From the NCBI GenBank assembly GCA_046290225.1, contig JBKAGE010000034.1:512001-576000 (forward strand): a DNA stretch of 64,000 bases, read 5' to 3'. Made by a program: the position numbers and the translations under genes. This document shows, in pieces, positions 45,654 through 56,500 of this stretch. Source of the DNA: Bradymonadia bacterium. GTDB lineage: Bacteria; Myxococcota_A; Bradymonadia; UBA7976; UBA1532. Under the pieces are notes generated by a model. It searched no databases and had not been told where the DNA came from. It worked only from the letters and a program-made list of their open reading frames with translations. Position 1 is the stretch's first letter; each line of letters begins with the position of its first letter.

Positions 45654-46940
45654 ATGGAGGGGTGCATGTCGCTGAGTTGGATCGTCGTGTGGACCGGCCC
45701 TGGCGCCGACGTGGTGATGGCCCGCCTCGCCGCGGCGTCGGAGCATGGGGGGCAATTGTTCGACGCCCCCTATGGAGATCGCACGCTCACGGCGTGTCAG
45801 CTGACGCTCTTCCGGCCAGGGGGTGCCGTGGGCATCACCCTGGTGGCGGCGCCCCCCACCCTCCCCCCAGCGACGCTCCGAGCCGCCCTCGCCCGGGCCC
45901 GGGCGGTGGTGGTGGTGCCCGAAGATGATGTCGAAGGGGCCCTGGACTCTACCCACCTGACCCTCGAGCACCTCGGGAACGCCAGCCATCACCCCCTCGT
46001 GGCCCTGCTGGGCCACCCACACCCGAGGGTGCAGTTGTCCCACCCGGATCCGATGGTGTTGTTGGGTCAGATCGCCGACCAGCTGCAGGCCGCGCAATCA
46101 AATACCCAAAGTACAACGGATGCCGTTCGGGCCGAGGCACCTCCACCGCCAGCGCCTCGCCAGGCACCCCCACTGCCGGCACCGGCAGCCCCATCGGCGC
46201 CCAGGCCGGCGCCACTGGCCGCTCCAGCAATGAGGAAACGCAGTGGCCTTCGGGCACCCGGGGGACCCACCTCGGTCATGGCCCTCGCCGACGACCCCCC
46301 ACATGATGGGGTCACAGCCGATCCGCTCGCCCGGCGCTCCACGGTGCGCTACTTCGCCCGGATGAATCCGCAGAAGCTCTATCCGGTGATGGTGGCCTTC
46401 ACTCGGGAGCAGCTCGCGAAGGCCGCTGGTGTAGCGCAAGTCGAAGGTGCCCAGCTCGAGCTCGATGCCCGAGATCCGGTGATCACGGTGGTGCCGGTGT
46501 TTCCTGGCTGTCTCTGTACCCCACAGCAGCTTCAGGTGGATCTCACCCCAGAGACCGTAGAGGTCAGATTCTGGCTCACGCCGCTGGTCCGGGGCCGCCT
46601 CGGAGATGCCCGCGTCGAGATCCATCAGCACGGTCGCTGCCTCGATCGTATCCCCACACCGGCGAAAGTGGCTGATCAGGCCCTCACCCGCATGGTGGCC
46701 GTGGGCTCGGCGCTGGCGCCTCTGGGCAGCAAGCTGTTGGAGAAGTCGGGCCTCGATCCGCTCACCCTCCTCACCGAGCGACTCCCCGTAGTGGGCGAAT
46801 GGCTCACCCACGCTGATCCTGCGGTGTTCCGTTGGGGACTCGCCGGTGGTCTCGCCCTTATCGCTTTGGGCTTGTACGCCGCTCGCCGCGCCAAGATGGC
46901 CCCACCGGTGGATCACCGATTTGTTCTCGCAGGGGCCTGA
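45654..46940 (+). CDS. Hypothetical protein with Pro-rich linker and C-terminal TM segments
   Basis: 428-aa ORF filling the gap between divergent genes. No family recognised. Confidence 0.6.
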   Translation: MEGCMSLSWIVVWTGPGADVVMARLAAASEHGGQLFDAPYGDRTLTACQLTLFRPGGAVGITLVAAPPTLPPATLRAALARARAVVVVPEDDVEGALDSTHLTLEHLGNASHHPLVALLGHPHPRVQLSHPDPMVLLGQIADQLQAAQSNTQSTTDAVRAEAPPPPAPRQAPPLPAPAAPSAPRPAPLAAPAMRKRSGLRAPGGPTSVMALADDPPHDGVTADPLARRSTVRYFARMNPQKLYPVMVAFTREQLAKAAGVAQVEGAQLELDARDPVITVVPVFPGCLCTPQQLQVDLTPETVEVRFWLTPLVRGRLGDARVEIHQHGRCLDRIPTPAKVADQALTRMVAVGSALAPLGSKLLEKSGLDPLTLLTERLPVVGEWLTHADPAVFRWGLAGGLALIALGLYAARRAKMAPPVDHRFVLAGA

Positions 46941-47047
46941 CCCCCTTTGATACGGTTCGCCACTCGACGCCGGGCCCCAGGTGTAGAGGAGTAGGCTCTC
47001 ACCTCCATTCGGCCCAGGCGTGAATCGACATTTCGAGGAGGACACAG

Positions 47048-50029
47048 ATGCGTCGATGGCGGATCTCTGCAGCGGCCCTCGCCGCCCTCGCCCTTGCGGC
47101 GTGTGATTCTGAAGATGCCACCGAAGGCGGCGAAGGCGGCAGCGGCGGTCGGGTGATGCTCGACGGTGGCGCTGGTGCCGGAGGCGCTGGTGGCATGGCC
47201 GGCGCCGGTGGCGGTGTTGCTGGTGCCGGCGGCGGCGTCGCTGGCGCAGGTGGCGCTGGCGGTGTCGCAGGTGCCGGTGGCATGGGCGGCGAGCCTGGCG
47301 GCGCTGGTGGTATGGGGGGTGAGCCCGGCGGTGCTGGTGGCATGGGTGGTGATCCTGGCGGTGCCGGCGGTATGGGTGGCGATCCAGGTGGTGCCGGCGG
47401 CATGGGTGGCGACCCCGGTGGCGCAGGTGGCATGGGTGGTGATCCTGGCGGTGCCGGTGGCATGGGCGGCGAAGGCGGCATGATGATGCCCCCGGACTGC
47501 ATGCAGGCCTGCGCAGGTGCAGTGGAGTGCCTCACCGGTGGTGAAGAGCCTCTCTGCCCCCAGCTGAGCGCGGACGTGCCAGAAGATCCGCCGATCATCG
47601 AGGCGGCCTGTCAGGCAGCCTGCGAGGCGCAGCCCGATCTCTTCGCCGATGCCGCTGAGCAGACCTGTGTCGACTTGCTCGTAGACATCCTCACCGGCGA
47701 GCCCGAGTTCGGCGCCGCCTGTGCCCCCGGCCTCTTCGAGGCCTGCCCCGAAGAGGTGGCCGACTTCCAAGGTGAGCCCCTCGAAGGGGGTGGCTTCCGC
47801 CTCACCGGCGACAGCACCGAGCTGCCTGCGGGCCAGCAGGGCTCCTGCGGCGGCGCGGGCTCGGAGGCGGTCTACCGCTTCACCGCCCCCGAGGCGGGCC
47901 TGTGGCAGTTCTCCACAGTGGATGCCGAGACGCTCTTCGACACCGTGCTGCACGCACGCGCTCAGTGTGAGGCCCTCATCTCCGAGGTGGCCTGCAACGA
48001 CGACTCAGGTGGCCTGCAGAGCACCATCCGCCTGCGCCTCGCTGCCGATGAGTCCATCTTCTTGTTCGTCGACGCCTTTGCAGAAGAGTCCGGCGGCGCA
48101 TTTGCCCTCACCGCGGTGCCCATCCCCGAGCCCGGCATCGGCGAGCCGTGTGATCCTGACGGGATCGCGAACATCTGCGCCGAAGGCACCTTCTGTCTAC
48201 AGGCTGACCCTGAAGCGGATGCCGGTGTCTGCGCCATGGCTGAGGCCCCTGTCCTCGCCTCTGGCGTGGTCAGCATCGTCGAGAGCACCTTGCGCTTCCG
48301 CCTCGACGGTACGGACGCCAACGGCGACGTGAACACCGTGGGCATTCAGCTCCTCGACGCCGAGGGTGCTCCCCTGAACCTGCTCCCCGAAGAAGAAGAG
48401 CCACTGTTCGAGGGCTTCCTCGACTCGGGCATCTTCGGCGAGGTGGACTTCTCTCTTCGCCTGGCGGTGGAGTTGGAGCCTGCGGTGCTCGAGGCTGCGG
48501 CGAGCGCACGCTTCCGCGTGCTCGATCAGCAGGGCCTCAGCAGCGAGCCTCTCGATCTCGAATTCAGCCCCCGCCCTGAGGCGGGCCTCGGCGAAGACTG
48601 TGACGCCACCGAGGTGGACAACATCTGCGCCGAAGGCACCTTCTGCTTCACCCCCATCGGTGAAGACGGTGAGGTCCCCACGGATGGTCAGTGCACCGAG
48701 GCCACGCCGCCCACGCTGAACACCCTGGAGGCCTTCTCCAACGACGACACCCTGGTGCTCATCGCCGAAGGGACCGATGCCAGCCGTGACGTGATCGGCG
48801 TGCGCATCACTCTGATCGACGGTGAAGGGGCCGTCATTCAGTTCCCTGATCCCGATACGGGCGAGTTGACGGACGCCACCTTTGAGTTCGGGCCCGAGGA
48901 GCCGGTATACGGCGAAGAGAACGTGCGCATCGTGCTCTCCGTGGGCGGCCTCTCCAACTTCCCCGACACGGCCTCGATCCGTGGTGCCCTCCTCGACAGC
49001 GCGGGCCTCGCGAGCGATCCGGTCGACGCCGTCCTGATGGCTCTGCCCGTGGTGGCGGATGGCGAGCCCTGTGATCCCGAAGGGATCCTGAACACCTGCG
49101 ACTTCCAGCGTCAGTGCGAGGTGCCCGAGGGCGCCGAGCAGGCGATCTGTGTGGCTCCGGTGCTGCCCGAGCTGGTGATGGGCGAGGCCTTCTTCAACCC
49201 CGACACGGGGGCTCTGGGCCTTCGCATGACGGCGACGGCCGAGACCACGCTCTTCGGCTTCGAGTACAACCTGCTCGATGGCGCCGGCGAGGTGATCCCG
49301 GTGAACGGCAACGCCGAGCCTCTGTTCGCCTTCGGCTTCGACAGCCTGGATCAGCCGATGGAGAACGGGCCCTACCTGGCATCGTCGATCCGCCTCCTCC
49401 CTGCAGGCCTTCAGGGTGTAGCGGCGGTGCGCATTTCGCTCATCGACGACGACAACCTTCAGAGCGTGCCTGCTGATCTCCCCACGGCTCTGCCCCCCGA
49501 GCTGATGAGTGGCGCGGTCTGTGATCCGCTCGGCGCCTTCGATCGCTGCCCTGGCGAGGAGCTGTGCGTCGACGGCGAGCCTGCGCCCACGTGTCAGGTG
49601 GCCCAGTCGGTCTGCCCCGCGGAGTGGGAGGTGGTCGATCTCAACGGCCTGCGCAACAACGACGTCTGGATTGCCAACGGCGACACCGCTGGTGGTATGT
49701 CACTGACGCAGGGCACCTGTGGCGGCGGCTCTGCCCAGGGCATCTACGCCTTCACCGCACCTGAGGCGGGCCTCTACCGCTTCGAGACGGACAGCGTCGA
49801 GGCCAACGCAGACACAGTGATTTACGTACGCTCGCTCTGCGGCATCGAGTCCCCCGAAGCAGAGCTGGCCTGCAACGACGACGACGAGGGCCGCAATCTG
49901 CTCAGCGCCGTGGAGATCAACCTCGAGGCGAACCAGGAGGTCTTCGTCTTCGTGGATGGTTACTTCGATGCCCTCTTCGGTGATGGCTGGCAAGGCGCGT
50001 ACATCCTCACGGTCTCCCGCCCCGAGTAA
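47048..50029 (+). CDS. Large acidic lipoprotein: Gly-rich linker, Cys-rich repeats and two PPC-like domains
   Basis: Lipobox 'LALAAC', SD 'GAGGAGG', (GGAGGMGG[D/E]P)n, 4x 'G..CD.....C', 2x 'Y.FTAPEAGL..F...DTV......C...E.ACNDD'. Confidence 0.85.
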   Translation: MRRWRISAAALAALALAACDSEDATEGGEGGSGGRVMLDGGAGAGGAGGMAGAGGGVAGAGGGVAGAGGAGGVAGAGGMGGEPGGAGGMGGEPGGAGGMGGDPGGAGGMGGDPGGAGGMGGDPGGAGGMGGDPGGAGGMGGEGGMMMPPDCMQACAGAVECLTGGEEPLCPQLSADVPEDPPIIEAACQAACEAQPDLFADAAEQTCVDLLVDILTGEPEFGAACAPGLFEACPEEVADFQGEPLEGGGFRLTGDSTELPAGQQGSCGGAGSEAVYRFTAPEAGLWQFSTVDAETLFDTVLHARAQCEALISEVACNDDSGGLQSTIRLRLAADESIFLFVDAFAEESGGAFALTAVPIPEPGIGEPCDPDGIANICAEGTFCLQADPEADAGVCAMAEAPVLASGVVSIVESTLRFRLDGTDANGDVNTVGIQLLDAEGAPLNLLPEEEEPLFEGFLDSGIFGEVDFSLRLAVELEPAVLEAAASARFRVLDQQGLSSEPLDLEFSPRPEAGLGEDCDATEVDNICAEGTFCFTPIGEDGEVPTDGQCTEATPPTLNTLEAFSNDDTLVLIAEGTDASRDVIGVRITLIDGEGAVIQFPDPDTGELTDATFEFGPEEPVYGEENVRIVLSVGGLSNFPDTASIRGALLDSAGLASDPVDAVLMALPVVADGEPCDPEGILNTCDFQRQCEVPEGAEQAICVAPVLPELVMGEAFFNPDTGALGLRMTATAETTLFGFEYNLLDGAGEVIPVNGNAEPLFAFGFDSLDQPMENGPYLASSIRLLPAGLQGVAAVRISLIDDDNLQSVPADLPTALPPELMSGAVCDPLGAFDRCPGEELCVDGEPAPTCQVAQSVCPAEWEVVDLNGLRNNDVWIANGDTAGGMSLTQGTCGGGSAQGIYAFTAPEAGLYRFETDSVEANADTVIYVRSLCGIESPEAELACNDDDEGRNLLSAVEINLEANQEVFVFVDGYFDALFGDGWQGAYILTVSRPE
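47265..47475 (+). repeat. In-frame 30-bp tandem repeat encoding GGAGGMGG(D/E)P, about 7 units
   Basis: Recurrent GG(C/T)GG(C/T)GC-GGTGG(C/T)ATGGG units with synonymous variation. Confidence 0.85.
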
Positions 50030-50054
50030 GGCGAACGGCCGTGAGCGAATGGCC

Positions 50055-50174
50055 ATGAGCGGACGGCCGTGCTTGCGCACCGCCTGTAGCGGACGGTCAT
50101 CGCCTGACGGCGACAGCCTGTAGCGGACGCCTGCTTCGCAGAGCTGTAGCGGACGGCGCTGACGCGCCTGTAGC
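50055..50174 (+). repeat. Short array of CTGTAGCGGACG direct repeats separated by unique self-complementary spacers
   Basis: Repeats at 50084, 50118 and 50144, a partial one at 50168, and a degenerate one at 50055. Confidence 0.8.
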
Positions 50175-50235
50175 TAAAGAGAGGCTTCAGGACTCTCCCC
50201 ACCCCACCTCTCTCCCTCATCCCAAAGAGCCTACA

Positions 50236-50503
50236 AAGCCATAACCCACCTATGCCCGTGCCCCGCGTAGGCGCGGAGGTGGCAGCAGTCGTCGTGAGGT
50301 CGGTGAGGTCTCGTTCAGATGCGGGCTTTCACCCGCAGGGGTAGCAGCGCTACCCCGAGGACGGAAAGGTCGCAGCTGGGCGGGAGATCGCCGACCTCAC
50401 GACGGCTGACGCCACCGCAGCGCCGGAGCAAAAGGAAAGGTCGCAGCTGAGCGGGAGATCGCCGGAGCAGAGAGCGGCTGACGCCGCCGGAGCGCCGGAG
50501 CAA
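50236..50503 (+). repeat. Dispersed structured element, copy C, with a duplicated right arm
   Basis: Arms 50278-50330 and 50364-50416, core 50331-50363 (ACCCGCAGGGGTAGCAGCGCTACCCCGAGGACG). 50363-50431 is repeated at 50434-50503. Confidence 0.85.
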
Positions 50504-50506
50504 GGC

Positions 50507-53500
50507 TTAGTCCCCCTCAGGCTGGCCATCATCGGGGCCTGGCTCGAAGACATCAGCACAGAACTCGGGGTTCGGGTAGGGCGGGTTGATGTCGCGGAAG
50601 GCCGGCACCAGGCACTCGTTGTAGCTCCAGATCGCCGTACAGCGGGTCGAGCGTGCTTGGAACAGTTCCAAAGCCCCCACCACGTCGTCGCGCTCGTTGA
50701 GCAGGCGTAAGCCGCTCTCTCGGAGCACCTTCACCTGAAGCGTCACCGGGTTGTTGGGACCACAGATGAACTCCAGACGCATCTCCGAGAGGCCCGTACG
50801 GAACCGCACCGCCTCAGCGAGACAGGCTTGCCAGTTGCGTACATAGACCCCTTCAGTGTTCGCGCCATAGAGGCTCGAAGAGAGGTCCATCAGATCGAGG
50901 ACCAGCTCCAGAGCGTCGCGATCACCGATGCACAGCTCGTCTTCACACTCCACCCCCACCGGCACGGCGAGGCGTGTCTGGATGTCTCTCAGAGTCACCA
51001 GGGCATCGATCACGCTCTCCCGGCCCGGGCCGGTGAGATCGAGCTCTGCATAGGCCTGAAGCTCGAGGCCGAGGCCTGCGATGGCCTGGTTCAAATCATC
51101 ATTCACCGGCTGAGTGGCCAGGGAGCGATCCACCAGGTCCTCGATGTCGGGGATGGCGAAGTTGTTGTACGACCGCTGACGGCACGCATCAGCAGCATCG
51201 TGCATGTAGAACCAGGCTTCGTTGAGCGACTGCCACAAATCGTTGGCGGCAAAGGCCTGAATCCCACCGGAGACCCAGCCCTCGAAGTCGGGATCTTCGA
51301 ACATCGCCCGGCCCGCATCCAGGAAGTCCCGAGCGCGCCCCACCGACGGGTGCTCGAGATCTACCACCGGATCACCCACTGGGGGCTCCACCATGATCAG
51401 CCACTGCTCGTCCAGAGCCCGCATGTGCTGGCGCATGAGGATCCACAAGGTGTCGTCCAGGCGGGCGCCGAGGCCTTGCGCGCTCACCATCAAGTTGATC
51501 ATGACGCGCGTCGCCACCAGCGTATTGCCTCGGCGGAGGTTCGATTCGCCCCAGAGGCCCAGCTCGATCCAGGGCTCGAGGTTGCCGAGCACCGAGGCCA
51601 CCAGGGGGCCGTCGTCGAGGGCCCCAGCCCGCTCACCCACGAGCTGCAGCGTCTCGCTCATGCTGATGGGCCGCACCAGAATATCCTGGGTCTGCACCAC
51701 CACCGAGTCGGTGTCACCCACCGTCACGGTGACGGTGTACACACCCGTGTCACGCCAGCTGTGCTGAACCTCGTTCAAGTCTTCACCCGAAATGGGATCC
51801 GAGCCGTCGCCGAAGTCCCAGGTGATGCTCTGGAGCGGATCCCCTTCCTCCCCGGCTTCTGCCTCGATGGAGAAGGTCCACATGGCGGCCTCGTAGATGT
51901 CCTCCGGCACCTCGATGTCCGAGATGATCGGGATGGCGTCGCGGATCTCCACCGGCACCAGCTGTGTCGTGGCCCCATCCTCGTCTCGAACCGTGAGCAC
52001 CACCGTGTAGACACCATTCTGGGCGTAGGTGTGAACGGGCTGAGTCAGGTTGGCACCACTCACCTCGGGGGAGCCGTCGCCAAAGTCCCAGATATACTCG
52101 GTGATGAGATCCGCCTGAGATCCTGGGCGGGTGGCCCGAGCGTCGAACTCGATGGGACGCCCCTGCAGGCCCGAGTACGGACCCCCAGGGCTCACGATGG
52201 GCGCCACCTCGCGCACTGAGACGTTCACGGGACCTGTGGCGCTCGTACCGAAGCTGTCAGTGACGCGGAGGCTGCCCGTGTACTCACCAGAGTCGAGGGG
52301 CACGAAGGCCACCTCTTCACCCACCAGCTCGTACACCCCGTCCAGGTTCATGTCCCACTCGAAGAAGACCACCTGATCTTCCAGCTCTGGCGGCTCGGAG
52401 CCCGAGCCGATGAGCGTGATCGGGCGACCCTCGGCGCCGACATAGGGACCACCGGCCACCACGATGGGCGGGTTGTTCACGCGGAAGTTACGCTGTTGGG
52501 TGTATCGGTCACCGTGGCAATTGAACAGGCTCAGCTCGAACCGGTACTGCCCGGGCAGAGCCAACGCCGAGCCTTGAGCGTAGACGAGGTTGAGGGCACC
52601 CACCTGCACGCTGGCCGACTGACCAGCGACACAAGCTGCCGGAGCCTCGACATCCCAGCTGAACGACGCCTCAGGGACCACATCACCGTTCTCAGGGCCT
52701 TCCAAACTGAAGGGCACCTCTTCCGCCATGAGCCAGTTGCGGGTCAGGCTGCTCTCGTTGCCGCAAGCATCCACCGCGGTGATCTGGAGCGTGCGCAGAC
52801 AGGCATCTTCGCTGATCTCCTGGGTGATACGCGGCGCAGGATCGACGACGTCGACGGCAAGCACCGAGGCCTCGGGCACTCGGCCGGGCTCGAAACATGC
52901 CCCTTCAACCAACAATGGGTTGACGCCGATCACCGGCGCCGTACGGTCGAAGGCCACCAGACCACCTGGGGTGATGTCTGCGCTCTCACCCTCATCGTTC
53001 GTCGCCGTAATCACCACCGTGCGGCTGCCCTCGACAGCCTGAGCAGCGTTGATGGGGATCTCGACCTCGAGGGCACTGCCGTCTTCGGGCAACACCACGT
53101 TGGCGGCGCCGACGATCAGGCCATCCACCTTGGCGAGCACACCCACGGCCCCACCACCCTGCTGGCGCAGAGAGACCCGGAAAGGTCCGGGCGCCACGCC
53201 CACACAATCTCCACCGCGAGGCCAGAGCAGCTCGCCAGCGGGGGGCAGCTTGAGGCGTACGCGTACCTCGGCCTCAGCAGAGGCCGACCACTCGCCAAAG
53301 ACGTCACGCCCTCTCACCCGCACCACCTGGGTGGTCCCGGTACGCCAGTCGGGCGATCGATAGTTGCGAATGATCTCACCGACGTAGTCGCTGCCATTGA
53401 GCTCCCCGGCGCCGTTGATGTCATCGGCGCCATAGAGGCCATCGTTGTCGGTGTCCCATGCGTAGGCGATGATGTTGTCGCACGGGGCATTAGGATCGAA

Positions 53501-56500
53501 CGATGCCCGAGCGTCGAGATCGACGCTGGCGAAGACTCCACGCACTCGGGCGGTGACATAGGGGCCACCGGCATCCGCCACGGGCCGCACATTGGCGATG
53601 TCCACCCCCACGGTCACCTGGTCAGTGCTCGAACGACCCTGGGCGTCCACCACCCTCAGGGTGGCCGTCACCTGACTCTGAGCGATGATCGGGTGGGAGA
53701 TCTCGGCGCCGCTCCGCTCAAAGGTGCCGTCGCCGTCCATATCCCAGAGGTACTCGACGATTTCGAAGTCATCGTCGCCTGCAGGGGCGTCGACGATGCT
53801 GTTGGTCCCGCTGAAGCGCACCTGCTCGTTGCAGCCTGCCGAGGCCTGAGAGGCTTGAGCCACTGCCACGGGGGGACCAGAGATCCAGAGACGGGTGGTG
53901 TCCGTGGCCACCCGGCCGAAGCGATCCTCCACCGCCAGGGTGATGTTGTACTGACCCGGCGCGTCGAGACCCGCCTGAGAGAGCATCGCCGGCGAGATCA
54001 GGGGGTAGGCGCCATTCACATCGAAGGTGCCGTCACCGTCCAGATCCCAGCGATAGCCCACGATGGTGTCGTCGCAATCAGCATCGGGATCCCGGCTGCG
54101 ACGGCCATCGACCCGCACGCTGTCGCCGAGGGCGATGGTGTAGGGCCCCGAAGCATCGGCCTGAGGCGAGCGGTTACCCTCGGTCACGTCAACGGTGAAG
54201 GGCATCGTCGCGCTGTGGCCTTGAGAGTCCTCTACGCGCAGGCCCAGGGCGAGGGGGCCGTCGAAGGTGTAGGCCCCAAAGCGGGAGGTCACCCGCTCAC
54301 CCACGGCATCATCGTATTCGCCGTCTCCGTCGAGATCCCAGGTCCAGGACACCACATCGACTTCGGGGTGAGGCTGAGTGGAGCCACTGGCGTCGAAGGA
54401 GACCAGCCCCTCGCATTCGGCAGGGTTCGGGCCCACGACAGCCACCGCCACAGGATCAGGCAGGTGCAATGTGGCCTCGGTCTCCGCGGTGTTCGTGCGA
54501 CCCGTGAGATCTTCCACCTCGAGGGTGACACGATAGGTGCCCGGCTCGATCCAGCCTGCGTCGGCCATGGCCTCCACCGAGACATCGACCACAGCCTCCT
54601 CACCATCGCCGTCATCGTCCTCCACCACGATGTCCCATACACCGTCATCGTTGAGGTCCCAACGGTAGAACCGGATGAAGTCGGCGGGATCAGGATCGAA
54701 GGAGGCCGAGGCGTCGAGCTCTGTCGCTTCCCCGACGAAGAGGTGGTAGCCACCACCGCTGCCGTTGATCGGGCCGCCGACGTTGGGACCCCCCACGCGC
54801 TCGTCGGGGTGCGCCACCGCAGTAGGCGGCGTGAGATCGGGCAGGCCGATGAGCACCTGCTCGCGAATGCTGTTGCTGCGACCTTCGGCGTCTCGAACTC
54901 TGAGCCGCACAAAGACCAGAGGGGGCTGATCCGGCAGTGGGGCGAAGACGCGGACCAGCTCGGTCGTGGGGCTGTCCTGAGTCTCGAAGACCCCGTCATC
55001 GTTGAGGTCCCAGTCGAACTCGACGATCTCCAGGCCCGGCACCGGCGAATAGCTCGCCCGGGCGTCCAGGGTGATCCGGCTCTCGTTGTTGAGCGGGTTG
55101 ATCGTGCCCGGATCAGGCGACTGGAACATCAGCGGCACTGGCCGGGTCTGATAAATGCGGATGCCGGCCTGGGTGACATGGCTCGCCCCCTGGCTGTCGG
55201 TCACCCGCAGAGCGATCAAGTTGGTGGGATCACCCGTCTCGCGATCAGCGGGCCAGCTCATCTCGCTCAGCACCGCCCAGGGCAAGGTGATGCGCTGCCC
55301 GCGCAGATCGCCGGCGTCGTCGAAGCTGCCGTTGTTGTCGATGTCCCACGCGTACTCCACGATGCTGTCACCACATCGGAAGTCAGGATCAGACGAGGGC
55401 GAGCCGTCCACGAGGAGCGACGAGCCGTCAGTCACCGTGTAGATCGCCTGAGTGGTGGCCGCCGTGGGCGAACGGTTGCCCTCCGTCACCGCCACATTGA
55501 AGTTGGTGGTGTGCGTGCGGCCGCGATCGTCGGTCACCGTGAGGCTGGCGGGGAACGTCGAGAACCGATTGTAGGTGTAGCTGAAGTCGGAGTTGCCACC
55601 CACGCCCTCGAAGCCCGGATCAGGGTGCACATCCCAGGCGTATCGCACGATGCGGCGCTCGGGGTTGGGGTGGCTGCTGTCGTCCCCGTTGAAACGTACG
55701 GGCTGCAGGCAGGCAGCAGGCTGAGGGTTCACCCGAGGCACCGCGATGGGATCACGGGGGTAGATGGTGAGGGTGCCCTGAGCCACCGCCACTCGATCCG
55801 TGCCGTCCACCACCCGCAAGCGAATGGTGTGCTCTACGCCCAGAGGCAGAGTACTCAGGCGATCCCAGGGCACCTGCGGGTTCAGGCCATTGGCGTCGTC
55901 GTACTGGCCGTCGTTGTCGAGATCCCAGGTGGCGGTAAGCGTGTCGCCACAGTTCAGGTTGGCATCCTCGGCGCTGCCCTGAAGCGAGAGAGAGGCGGTG
56001 GCCTCCATGGTGTATGGCCCGCCGGCGAGGGCAGAGGGCGCCGCCGCCGGGGATCGGAGCACGTTCACCGTGGTGGTGGTCTGCTCAGAAGACACCCCGT
56101 CGGGATCATCATCCAAAACCCTCAACGTCACCGTGTAGATGCCCGCCCGATCGTAGGTGTGGTTGATGAGCGTGGAGCCGTTGTTCGTTTGATGATCGAC
56201 TGGGGCGCCAGTCTCCCACCAGAGGCCATCGCTGGCGTCCACATCCCATTGGAACGTGGCGATCTGCCGGTCACGGTTGGGATGGAACGACTGTCGATGA
56301 TCCAGAGCCACCTGACCGGCCCCGCCGCCGCGACACCCCTCAACGACTTCATTGGGCTGCACCGCCGCCAGAGGTACGGGCTTGGGCTTGAACAGGGTCG
56401 GGGTGATCGTGAGCCCGGCCCAGCCCGTCGTGAGGGTGGGTTGAGCATAATCGATGGTCACCGACCGGTTGGTGGACCAGGTGTCCCTGATGATGCCGAA

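Noticed and set aside
50055..50174. Possible CRISPR array
   Set aside because: Repeat is only 12 nt, spacers are 12-22 nt and palindromic, and there are no cas genes in the window. Kept as a REP-like array instead.
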